A DNA stretch of 64,000 nt from a virus. Each line of letters starts with the position of its first letter. The stretch's first letter is position 1. The stretch lies in the IMG/VR virus record IMGVR_UViG_3300048017_000141; one strand, given 5' to 3'. The notes beneath the pieces are model-generated. The model saw nothing but the letters and a program-made list of their open reading frames with translations, was not told the origin of the DNA and ran no database searches. Positions 23,563 to 31,632 of this stretch are shown here, piece after piece. The translations under genes were made by a program, and so were the position numbers.

Positions 23563-23919
23563 TTATTCAGCCGCTACTACTTCAAGGTTTTCGATAGTTG
23601 CTAGATGTCTAACATTAGCTGGCATATCGGTTGATTGTGACCAGTATTCACGTTTGATCCAGCAAGGCATGATTGATAGCTTAGGAAGCATTACATTCAA
23701 CACGTCGTCGTGATTGTACGTTACTTTTTGATTTTTGTTGTTGACAAATGTGATCACTTGATTACGACCCATCCACGATTTACGTACTACAAAGTTAGCT
23801 CGTTCGATTGGAGGGTAGATCAATGCTAATTCCTCCGGAGTTAATTTAGCGATAGCTTCACTTAATAATTCTTTGCTAGTTTTAACTACTTCTTCTGATG
23901 TTTGTTTTTTAGTTGCCAT
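23563..23919 (-). CDS. Hypothetical protein
   Basis: 118-aa ORF. Confidence 0.55.
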   Translation of the reverse strand: MATKKQTSEEVVKTSKELLSEAIAKLTPEELALIYPPIERANFVVRKSWMGRNQVITFVNNKNQKVTYNHDDVLNVMLPKLSIMPCWIKREYWSQSTDMPANVRHLATIENLEVVAAE

Positions 23920-23936
23920 AATATTATTATTTATTT

Positions 23937-23978
23937 GTTACATTATTATTATCAATTACTCGTCGTATTTATACCGAA
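23937..23978 (-). promoter_or_regulatory. Early-gene conserved element, copy 9
   Basis: The core ends 17 nt upstream of the ATG at 23919. Confidence 0.6.
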
Positions 23979-24094
23979 AGCATATTCGGTATATGGTCAA
24001 CGAACTGTTTTAATTCAGATAGTACTAAAGGATTTTTGGTTTTACTGTATTCCTTTATTAATTTTTTTACCTCAGATTGAATAAATTTTTCCAT
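23969..24094 (-). CDS. Possible 41-aa protein
   Basis: Hand-translated as MEKFIQSEVKK... Element copy 10 lies upstream. Confidence 0.35.
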   Translation of the reverse strand: MEKFIQSEVKKLIKEYSKTKNPLVLSELKQFVDHIPNMLSV

Positions 24095-24112
24095 AATATT
24101 TATATTTAATTA

Positions 24113-24158
24113 GTTACATTATTATTATCAATTACTTTCCGTATTTATACTGTAAGCC
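24113..24158 (-). promoter_or_regulatory. Early-gene conserved element, copy 10
   Basis: The core ends 18 nt upstream of the ATG at 24094. Confidence 0.6.
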
Positions 24159-24310
24159 TAGGGTTTTGGATCTAGGCATTGCTCAATTATTGATTGCATT
24201 GTGGTCAAAGTATCTTGATCATTTGGATTTTGTAATAGGTAATCAAATAATACTTTTTCAAGGGTATCAAAGTCTTTTTTAGTAATTTGGATTGTTTTTG
24301 TAGTAGACAT
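24158..24310 (-). CDS. Possible 50-aa protein
   Basis: Hand-translated as MSTTKTIQITKKDFD... Element copy 11 lies upstream. Confidence 0.4.
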   Translation of the reverse strand: MSTTKTIQITKKDFDTLEKVLFDYLLQNPNDQDTLTTMQSIIEQCLDPKP

Positions 24311-24342
24311 AGTATTTAATTTAATTGTTTATATTTATTTTA

Positions 24343-24388
24343 ATTACACTTATATTATCAATTGATCGTCGTATTCATTCTGTAAAGG
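24343..24388 (-). promoter_or_regulatory. Early-gene conserved element, copy 11
   Basis: ATTACAC variant of the core, 32 nt upstream of the ATG at 24310. Confidence 0.55.
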
Positions 24389-24389
24389 G

Positions 24390-24614
24390 TTATAATTTAA
24401 ACTCTTTACCAAATGCTCTATGTTCCCAATAATCCTCACCTTGTCTTGTGTGCGAGAAATTACACATTGCGTCAATTGGAACGTTATTTTGAATACATAA
24501 CTCCGTATGATCATACCCCAATTGTAACCTCGTCTCTTCAACAAGATCCAAGTAATCCTCACGACACAATTCTTTAACTCTTACTAACTTTGTTATTCTT
24601 ACATTTGATTCCAT
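24390..24614 (-). CDS. Hypothetical protein (first protein gene of the early arm)
   Basis: 74-aa ORF preceded by element copy 12. It is preferred over the overlapping 24350..24562 ORF. Confidence 0.5.
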   Translation of the reverse strand: MESNVRITKLVRVKELCREDYLDLVEETRLQLGYDHTELCIQNNVPIDAMCNFSHTRQGEDYWEHRAFGKEFKL

Positions 24615-24629
24615 AATAATTGTTGTTTT

Positions 24630-24676
24630 AATTACACTTATATTATCATAACCACCCCGTATTAATACTGTAAAGG
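24630..24676 (-). promoter_or_regulatory. Early-gene conserved element, copy 12
   Basis: The core ends 15 nt upstream of the ATG at 24614. Confidence 0.6.
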
Positions 24677-24719
24677 GTATATTATTAAATTAAATTTGCA
24701 AGTAATATAACTTATTTTA

Positions 24720-24772
24720 CTTACACTTATATTATCAGGATCACCTCGTGTCCTTACTGTATGCTATACACT
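24720..24772 (-). promoter_or_regulatory. Early-gene conserved element, copy 13 (tandem with copy 12)
   Basis: It lies 43 nt upstream of copy 12 with no ORF between them. Confidence 0.5.
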
Positions 24773-25152
24773 CCGCTTCGCTCCGTGTATGATCGCTGTA
24801 TCGCAACGTATTTGGTTAGGCTACGTTACACCAGTGTTGTACACAATCGATACAACACACACAACGTATGTGATCCGTAACAAGCAACCAACGCAACACT
24901 GCAGCCGATTCCCGAGCAAAAGCCTAGATATTCACGCAAAATCAAACCAAAAGGCAAAACTTTTTCAACAATTAGTTTAAAAGGTAGGGGGCTGGGTGAA
25001 ATCAAATGTGTTTTCCTTTTAGAAAAGTAAGTTTAAAACTAGTATATAACCCCTTATATCTATATATCTAATAACAAATTTACATTTACCTTATTATTAC
25101 AATGCAATTATGGAATAATTAACAAATTTTTGCTTTCAGCTTTTCAATTTTT

Positions 25153-25171
25153 CAAAAAAAACCCTTCGGGT
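25153..25171 (-). terminator. Possible minus-strand intrinsic terminator
   Basis: In minus sense, the ACCC-GAAG-GGT stem-loop is followed by eight T. The stem is short. Confidence 0.35.
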
Positions 25172-25196
25172 ATATACTTTATGTGTAGCCTTGGAA

Positions 25197-25241
25197 TGCG
25201 ACGATAGCTAGTTATAATATAAGTAGTGGGCTAATGTCACA
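25197..25241. repeat. Conserved ~45-nt box, copy B
   Basis: The sequence is TGCGACGATAGCTAGTTATAATATAAGTAGTGGGCTAATGTCACA. It lies about 60 nt upstream of the first plus-arm gene. Confidence 0.7.
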
Positions 25242-25305
25242 TTATTAAACAATGTAAAATCCTATGGATATACGTGAGTATAAAAGGTATAATAAATGTA
25301 TTTAT

Positions 25306-25551
25306 ATGGCACAGAAATTGAGCCCGGAAGCGGCAAAAAGGAAAGCAGCTAGAGATCTTGCTTTTGCAAAAACACCTGATAGGAGAGCTAAGAAAGCGGA
25401 TGCACAGAGAAAGAGAAGAGATGATCCTAAAGGAGCTAAAGGTAAAGATTGGGACCATAAGAATCAACGGTGGGAATCGCCGGCCCAAAATAGGGGTAAT
25501 GATGGCATCGGAACTAAAAAAGAAAGTGGTAAACATTATAAGACTAAATAG
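25306..25551 (+). CDS. Small very basic protein
   Basis: The sequence MAQKLSPEAAKRKAARD...KGKDWDHKNQRW follows a pattern common in small phage proteins. An alternative start exists at 25264. Confidence 0.5.
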   Translation: MAQKLSPEAAKRKAARDLAFAKTPDRRAKKADAQRKRRDDPKGAKGKDWDHKNQRWESPAQNRGNDGIGTKKESGKHYKTK

Positions 25552-25552
25552 T

Positions 25553-25774
25553 ATGAAAAAGAAGGTTGAACCTACGGCGAAGAAATCTGGAGTTATGAGT
25601 AATAAATCTGGGCAAACACCGCTGAAGAAAGAAATGATTAAGCGAAAAGACGGTAGCACTTCTGAGAGAGGGCTATGGGATAATGTTAGGGCTAACGCCG
25701 GTAGTGGTAAGAAACCGACAAAGGCAATGCTTAAGCAAGGCGAAAAAATAAAGAAACAAACAAATAAAAAATAA
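25553..25774 (+). CDS. Small basic protein (GLWDNVRANAGSGKKPTK motif)
   Basis: The internal Met of track ORF 25358..25774 begins 1 nt after the previous stop. Confidence 0.5.
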   Translation: MKKKVEPTAKKSGVMSNKSGQTPLKKEMIKRKDGSTSERGLWDNVRANAGSGKKPTKAMLKQGEKIKKQTNKK

Positions 25775-25777
25775 TAT

Positions 25778-26350
25778 ATGGCAATAATTCCTGGATCAGC
25801 AAAAGTGCTGAATCAATATGATAACGTGAATACAACCTACGGTGGTTCCGCTGCGATGAAAGCGCAAAGTAAGTGGTATACTATGAATGATGTTGCAGAC
25901 ACAATTAATTATGTCCCGACAGAAGATCTACCTTTAAATGAGATTGTTTTATTAAGTAGTGTTGGAGATTATCAAAAAACATATGCTATCAGATGGACCC
26001 CATCTAGCAATAATCAAGTTCCCTTTTTTATATTCCAAGCAAACGACCAACCAGTGAGTGGTGTTGGGAGCATGGGTTTAATCGAAGTGAACTGGACTAC
26101 TGAAGATCAAAGCCACACATACTCGGATACATTTTTAGTATCGCTATTATGGGAAAACTCGGTTGGTATTTGGGATTACTATTATAGCATGGGTATGTCT
26201 ACAACAACTAGCTATGGGTTAGATCCTGTTACTCAGATAGGTTTACGTAATGAATATATTGTTTTAGATCCCGGTGACACAATAAATGCGGTTATAACAA
26301 TTACAGGAGAAAAATATAGTTTTGTAGGAATGGGTTCTTTTAGCGATTAA
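25778..26350 (+). CDS. Hypothetical (probably structural) protein
   Basis: 190-aa ORF in the block with the tail fibre. Confidence 0.55.
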   Translation: MAIIPGSAKVLNQYDNVNTTYGGSAAMKAQSKWYTMNDVADTINYVPTEDLPLNEIVLLSSVGDYQKTYAIRWTPSSNNQVPFFIFQANDQPVSGVGSMGLIEVNWTTEDQSHTYSDTFLVSLLWENSVGIWDYYYSMGMSTTTSYGLDPVTQIGLRNEYIVLDPGDTINAVITITGEKYSFVGMGSFSD

Positions 26351-26363
26351 AAAAATATAAGAT

Positions 26364-26669
26364 ATGGAAAACTGGATTATAAAGCAAGTAAAATTAAGAA
26401 AAGACAGAGATAGTCTTACTAACATAATAGGTTCTATTAGTTGGGAATTAGAAAAAACTAAAGATGGGCAAACCGCTAAATATAATGGAACTATTGAACT
26501 AGGCGAACCCGATAGAAACAACTTTGTGGATTCCTCTGACATTACAGAAGATACTATAAAGAATTGGCTTGAGAAAGCATATACAGATGGAGCAAAAGCA
26601 ATCTTTAATAAAAGATTAGATTTTGATTTAGCTAAGTTAACAGACAATATATTTGTCTTAAATAAATAA
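26364..26669 (+). CDS. Hypothetical protein
   Basis: 101-aa ORF. Confidence 0.55.
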   Translation: MENWIIKQVKLRKDRDSLTNIIGSISWELEKTKDGQTAKYNGTIELGEPDRNNFVDSSDITEDTIKNWLEKAYTDGAKAIFNKRLDFDLAKLTDNIFVLNK

Positions 26670-26674
26670 ACAGT

Positions 26675-26905
26675 ATGTCAGGAACAGTAACATATCCAGT
26701 AGCAACACCAGCTACAGACGATCTTTTGTTAGGTACAAAACTTAGCGAGGATGGTAATTTAACTAAGAACTTTACAATAGACCAAGTAATACAATTAACT
26801 GGCCAAACAATATTAAACGGTGCCAGTGGGTATTTTGAATCGAGAGACTTAAAAGGTATTACAGTTGTGAACGGTTTAATAACAAGCATAGTAGAAATAG
26901 GATAA
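26675..26905 (+). CDS. Hypothetical protein
   Basis: 76-aa ORF. Confidence 0.5.
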   Translation: MSGTVTYPVATPATDDLLLGTKLSEDGNLTKNFTIDQVIQLTGQTILNGASGYFESRDLKGITVVNGLITSIVEIG

Positions 26906-26923
26906 TACAATATATAAAGAAAC

Positions 26924-29900
26924 ATGTCAGTAATATACAGCTATCCAAATAACGCAAACATACTAGCTACAGATATTATCATAGGTTCGTCGACTAAAAT
27001 CGTCAACGGAAAGAAAAAAAATGTAACTAAGAACTTCGAGGTTGGCAAGATAGCTGAGTTTTATAATGAAATAAGCGCTATTGCTATTGCTGGCCAGAAC
27101 AATTTCTTCTTCCAAAATAATATTGCTCCAGGTAGAAAGCAGGGTTCAATAACATTTGTAAGTGGTGGAGGAACAGGTACTTCATTTGGAAGTATAACAA
27201 CTTTAAGAATAAGTAAATTTGCAACATCTGGAAACAGTGTAGCCAACTATTTAACAACATTAGTAGATCAAGCTGCTATAATTGCACAATGTGACAATCT
27301 AAATAATTTTGGTATATACAAAGTCATAAGTATAACCACTGTTGTGGATAACCCTAATTTTGTAGATGTATTAATACAATCAGTTAACGCTAACGGGAGT
27401 ATACTAGCTGACAAGTTTTATACCTTTGCGGTGTACCCGGGGTTTGTAAATCCTAATATTGATCCAGTAGGCGTATACGACTTTATTTCACCATTAGTTG
27501 ATACAGATAATGTAGTAACAGTAAATCAATCAAGTACAATTACTGATGGCTATCTTAGTGCTACGGATTGGAATACTTTTAATAATAAGCAGGGTAGTAT
27601 AACTTTAACAACAACAGGGACGAGTGGTAATGCTACTTTTATAGGTAATGTACTTAACGTGCCTGATTATGGTTCTGGTTTTACAACACCTACATTAAAT
27701 AGCGTCTTAACAGAAGGGAATACGTCTTTATTGAATGCTTATATTGGAACAGAGCTTGGATTATACGATGGTGGATTAAGCGGCTATTCCACTGTAAGAG
27801 CTAACGAAGGCACTTTTTTATTTGTCGATGCTAACGGATCCTCAATATTATTTGCGGAACCACGTAATCTAACTATATTTGAATCACCATCAATAGGGGC
27901 AACATTGAGAACGTCCTTATTGTCTGCTAGCAGGTTATACCAATTACCGAATGCATCGGGAACAATTGCTTTAACATCTGATCCTGCTCCAACGTTAGAC
28001 CAAGTTTTATCTGCAGGAAATATATCCACGCTGCCCGCGAGCATTGGCACGCTTAGTATTTGGGACGATTTTGAGCACGCTTATATGTCTATGCAGTCCT
28101 CCCAAAACTATTTTTACGCAACAAGTGCACTAGGTGATAGTTTGTTTTATTTCGGAGATGGCTCTTTTTTCCTTAACAAAACAAATTTTATTGAGGCTAG
28201 AATTAGTACCGATAACCTAACAGCCAGTCAGACTTTCGATTTGCCTGACCAATCAGGAACAATAGCTTTATTATCAGACATACCAACATCATCAGGTATT
28301 CCTCATACTACAGCAAGTGGTACAGACACATATACTGCCACTGTAGCGGGTATAACTTCTTATGCTGATGGAGATGCTTATTTAGTTCGCTTTACAAATG
28401 GGAATACTACAGGATGTACTTTAAATATAAACTCTTTAGGAGCAATACCATTGTATGAAAATAATGATGGGGCGTTAATCGGTGGAGATATATGGGCAGG
28501 TGCTGAAATGCTTTGCGTTTATAATTCAGGGTCAAATGTATTTCAATGCATTGGAACATCCTCAAATAGCTTATTCTCTTATGTTACAAATGCTGATACA
28601 GTTCCTATCACAAAAGGAATGCCTGTATATGCAGCAGGAGGTACAGGAGATAGATTAACTGTTAAAAGAGCTTTTAATACATCTGATTTAACATCTGCTC
28701 AAACAGTTGGTGTTGTGTTAACTTCATCAATTGGGGTAAATCAAAAAGGTATTATAATAATTCAAGGTCTTTTAGATGGACTTAGTATTTTACCTACATC
28801 TACGTGGTCTGATGGAGACCCTATTTATTTAGGAGCTACAGCGGGAAGTATTACAAATGTTAAGCAATATGCTCCTAATCACTTAGTGTATTTAGGGTAT
28901 GTTACAACAGCAAGCAATGGGTCGGCAGGAAGATGGTATGTTAGAGTTCAGAATGGATATGAATTAGATGAGCTTCATAATGTTCAGGCTCAGAGTCCTA
29001 CTGTAAATGATATTCTATATTATTTTGGTGGTTCTCCGGGTCAGTGGAAGACTGCTTCTATACCAGCAGTGTTGGGTTACACTCCATTTCAATTACCTTC
29101 ATTAACAAGTGGTTCGGTTATATTTTCGAACGGAACAACGCTTGTTCAAGACAATTCGAATTTCTTTTGGGATGATACTAATAATAGATTGGGTATTGGT
29201 ATGGCAGCCCCAAATGAGAGATTGCATGTAAAAGGGAATGTGCAGATTGGAGAAGGAACTGGCATTTTAGAAAAAATATGGTGTAGTGGAGGAAATTTAA
29301 TTTCTTATGACCCCGGTATAGGTAATTTGTCTATTGGAAACGGAAGAATAGTAACTAATGCCGTTACTCAAATGACAACTATTGCTGACTCACTAACTGT
29401 GAACGGAGACATACAACTAGGAACAGGAACATCCGCTATCGAAAGATTAGTATGCGCAGCGGGCGGAACTATGATTTCTTTTGACCCTTCTCCGGCTACT
29501 TTTGGGATAGCTGGAAGCACAATACTCTCAAACTTGTCTACTCAAGTAGTTAGCACAAGTTTTGCCGTGGGTATTGGCACAACGGCTCCATCTACAGAAT
29601 TAGAGGTTGACGGAGTGATTACAGCCACGGGTGGTAACTCAACATCTTGGAATGCAAAACAGGATGCAATAACATTAACGACGACGGGAACAAGTGGGCC
29701 TGCTACCTTAGTTGGGGCTACTTTAAATATACCAGAATATGCTGGAGGAGCGGGCGGATTGCAGGGTGTTAACAATTTATTAGGTTATTTTCCTGGTGGA
29801 TTGGCAATTTCATCCGCTATTGTTGCGCATAATACTACCACACTAGCAACTGTAGCAAATAATTTACTTTTAAATCCTTTTACTCCAAATAAAACGATTA

Positions 29901-30283
29901 CATCAAGTTCATTAAATATAAACGTTACAGTATTAGGAACTGGGGTGATCGCCAGAATTTTAATTTATTCAAATTTAAATGGATTGCCAAATACAAAACT
30001 TTATGAAAGCTCAGATTTAAGTTTGGCTACAACTGGAATAAAAACAGCTACAGTATCTTTTACGTTTACGGCGGGCACCACTTATTGGTTAGCATTAAAC
30101 ACAAGTGGAGTGGCCACAATAAATTGTATGCCGAATACAGCTGTAACTCCAATATTTAACAGCGGAATTTCACCGGTAACTATGCATAGGAACCCCTCGG
30201 TGGCTGTTGGTTCAGCGCCTGCAACATATAGTTATACTAGTTTCCAAACTACAGCAGTACCTTTAATATGGATAATCCCATAA
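26924..30283 (+). CDS. Tail fibre / receptor-binding protein with internal repeat modules
   Basis: 1119 aa, rich in Gly, Ser, Thr and Asn. ITLTTTGTSG.AT..G..LN.P.YG occurs twice and LP..SGTIAL.SD occurs twice. Confidence 0.7.
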   Translation: MSVIYSYPNNANILATDIIIGSSTKIVNGKKKNVTKNFEVGKIAEFYNEISAIAIAGQNNFFFQNNIAPGRKQGSITFVSGGGTGTSFGSITTLRISKFATSGNSVANYLTTLVDQAAIIAQCDNLNNFGIYKVISITTVVDNPNFVDVLIQSVNANGSILADKFYTFAVYPGFVNPNIDPVGVYDFISPLVDTDNVVTVNQSSTITDGYLSATDWNTFNNKQGSITLTTTGTSGNATFIGNVLNVPDYGSGFTTPTLNSVLTEGNTSLLNAYIGTELGLYDGGLSGYSTVRANEGTFLFVDANGSSILFAEPRNLTIFESPSIGATLRTSLLSASRLYQLPNASGTIALTSDPAPTLDQVLSAGNISTLPASIGTLSIWDDFEHAYMSMQSSQNYFYATSALGDSLFYFGDGSFFLNKTNFIEARISTDNLTASQTFDLPDQSGTIALLSDIPTSSGIPHTTASGTDTYTATVAGITSYADGDAYLVRFTNGNTTGCTLNINSLGAIPLYENNDGALIGGDIWAGAEMLCVYNSGSNVFQCIGTSSNSLFSYVTNADTVPITKGMPVYAAGGTGDRLTVKRAFNTSDLTSAQTVGVVLTSSIGVNQKGIIIIQGLLDGLSILPTSTWSDGDPIYLGATAGSITNVKQYAPNHLVYLGYVTTASNGSAGRWYVRVQNGYELDELHNVQAQSPTVNDILYYFGGSPGQWKTASIPAVLGYTPFQLPSLTSGSVIFSNGTTLVQDNSNFFWDDTNNRLGIGMAAPNERLHVKGNVQIGEGTGILEKIWCSGGNLISYDPGIGNLSIGNGRIVTNAVTQMTTIADSLTVNGDIQLGTGTSAIERLVCAAGGTMISFDPSPATFGIAGSTILSNLSTQVVSTSFAVGIGTTAPSTELEVDGVITATGGNSTSWNAKQDAITLTTTGTSGPATLVGATLNIPEYAGGAGGLQGVNNLLGYFPGGLAISSAIVAHNTTTLATVANNLLLNPFTPNKTITSSSLNINVTVLGTGVIARILIYSNLNGLPNTKLYESSDLSLATTGIKTATVSFTFTAGTTYWLALNTSGVATINCMPNTAVTPIFNSGISPVTMHRNPSVAVGSAPATYSYTSFQTTAVPLIWIIP

Positions 30284-30295
30284 AAATATAATATT

Positions 30296-30454
30296 ATGGC
30301 AAAAATTAGACAAGAAATTTACGATGACAATGGACTCATAAAAGTTGAATATATAGAGGTAGAAGATATACCTACCGAAGACTTAGTTGCTCAGAAAGAA
30401 GCTGAATTATTAGCAATATATGCAGAACTTCAAAAGTTAAAAAATGAGCAATAG
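30296..30454 (+). CDS. Small acidic protein (52 aa, hand-translated)
   Basis: ATG at 30296. Its end overlaps the start of the holin candidate. Confidence 0.4.
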   Translation: MAKIRQEIYDDNGLIKVEYIEVEDIPTEDLVAQKEAELLAIYAELQKLKNEQ

Positions 30455-30659
30455 AGAAAAAGTAGATTTGTTTTTAAACAAATGGGTAAGTAGAAAATTA
30501 ACAGTATTTGTTGTTGCTTCGGGAGGATTATTTTCCGGAGCAATAACATCTAGTGATTGGGTAATTATAGCAACATCCTATATTACTATAGAAGGTGTTA
30601 CAAATATTGTAGAACGATTAATGAAAACTAAATATGGAAACTCGGGAAATAATATCTAA
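30444..30659 (+). CDS. Holin candidate
   Basis: 71 aa with hydrophobic segments ([27 protein letters not shown]). It overlaps the endolysin start. Confidence 0.45.
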   Translation: MSNREKVDLFLNKWVSRKLTVFVVASGGLFSGAITSSDWVIIATSYITIEGVTNIVERLMKTKYGNSGNNI

Positions 30660-31098
30660 GTACGGAAAACCAAATGTAACAGGTGATGGTTATCTTGTAA
30701 CAATACAGCTACCATACCCTATGCGTTTAGCTTGGGATACCGATACATCAATACATAAAATACGTTGCCATAAATTAGTTGCAGATAATTTCCTTAAAGT
30801 TTTCAATGAGATACATCGGGTATATGGCTATATGAAAATAAAAGAACTTGGTATAGACTTATTTGGAGGATGCTTTAATTTCAGAAAGATGAGAGGGGGA
30901 GATAGCTGGAGTACGCATTCTTGGGGGATAGCTATTGATTTAGATCCCGCTAGAAATCAATTAAAGGAGACATCTAAAACAGCAAGATTTGCAAGAGCAG
31001 AATATAAACCAATGATAGATATATTCTATAAGCATGGATTTGAAAGTTTAGGTAGAGAAAAGAATTATGATTGGATGCACTTCCAAATAAAACAATAA
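30634..31098 (+). CDS. Endolysin, peptidase M15 (VanY / L-Ala-D-Glu peptidase-like)
   Basis: Zinc-ligand pattern [10 protein letters not shown] ... DWMHFQ. Confidence 0.85.
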   Translation: METREIISKYGKPNVTGDGYLVTIQLPYPMRLAWDTDTSIHKIRCHKLVADNFLKVFNEIHRVYGYMKIKELGIDLFGGCFNFRKMRGGDSWSTHSWGIAIDLDPARNQLKETSKTARFARAEYKPMIDIFYKHGFESLGREKNYDWMHFQIKQ

Positions 31099-31099
31099 T

Positions 31100-31570
31100 A
31101 TGAAAAAATATATATATTTATTTATATCTTTAATGGTTATTTCATGCGGAGCACGAAAAGTTAATAAAGATGAAAAAGTAGAAACAGAAACCACTATAGA
31201 AACAGTAGTAAGTAAGGACACAGTAAAAGAAGATATTATTGAGACAATAAAATACGATGTTACCACCGAAGAGATTGAAGCTTGCCCTATCGACACTACA
31301 AAAGAAATGATAGTTAATGGTCAAAAGTTCTTTAACACGCGTATATTGATCAAAAAAAAGAAAGATAATACTTTATATGTCAAAGACAAAAAAGCTTCTA
31401 AAACAAGCTCTAAACAAGCTAAAAAGATAACTAACAAGCAAGTTGTTTCAAAAACAAAGACTGTAGACAAAGAAGAGGTATCATTTTGGCGTACATACCT
31501 AATATTTTACTTATTACTTATACTAACTTTGTACTTGTTGTATAGAAGATTTAAAAGTAAACTGTTTTAA
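31100..31570 (+). CDS. Unimolecular-spanin-like protein
   Basis: N-terminal lipoprotein signal (LMVISC) plus a C-terminal transmembrane segment (YLIFYLLLILTLYLLY). It lies immediately after the endolysin. Confidence 0.5.
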   Translation: MKKYIYLFISLMVISCGARKVNKDEKVETETTIETVVSKDTVKEDIIETIKYDVTTEEIEACPIDTTKEMIVNGQKFFNTRILIKKKKDNTLYVKDKKASKTSSKQAKKITNKQVVSKTKTVDKEEVSFWRTYLIFYLLLILTLYLLYRRFKSKLF

Positions 31571-31632
31571 CCTAAAAAAAACAAATTGTACGTAATAATA
31601 CAGTTAATAACTTAATTTAATTAAATAAAATC

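Noticed and set aside
24350-24562. 70-aa ORF overlapping 24390..24614 in another frame
   Set aside because: It has no upstream element, and its start lies inside the other ORF. The 24390..24614 ORF starts 15 nt after element copy 12.
18802-24772. CRISPR-like array, considered because of the 13 regularly recurring repeats
   Set aside because: The spacers are 50-1700 bp and contain genes. The repeats are AT-rich, always lie upstream of start codons and are strand-specific. That is promoter-like behaviour, not CRISPR.
24789-24980. 63-aa plus-strand ORF in the divergent control region
   Set aside because: It would be the only plus-strand gene upstream of box B, has an odd Thr/His/Gln composition and covers the A/C-rich repeat tract. 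It is more likely non-coding DNA.
25237-25659. 140-aa minus-strand ORF, and the long N-terminal extension of 25358..25774
   Set aside because: The minus-strand ORF is antisense to, and the extension is out of frame with, two small basic genes that carry recognisable phage motifs. Its composition is a low-complexity Phe/Ser/Ile mirror typical of antisense frames.
26924-30283. Diversity-generating retroelement targeting the tail fibre
   Set aside because: There is no reverse transcriptase in the window. The two repeat modules differ at all base types rather than mainly at A positions, and there is no nearby non-coding template copy.
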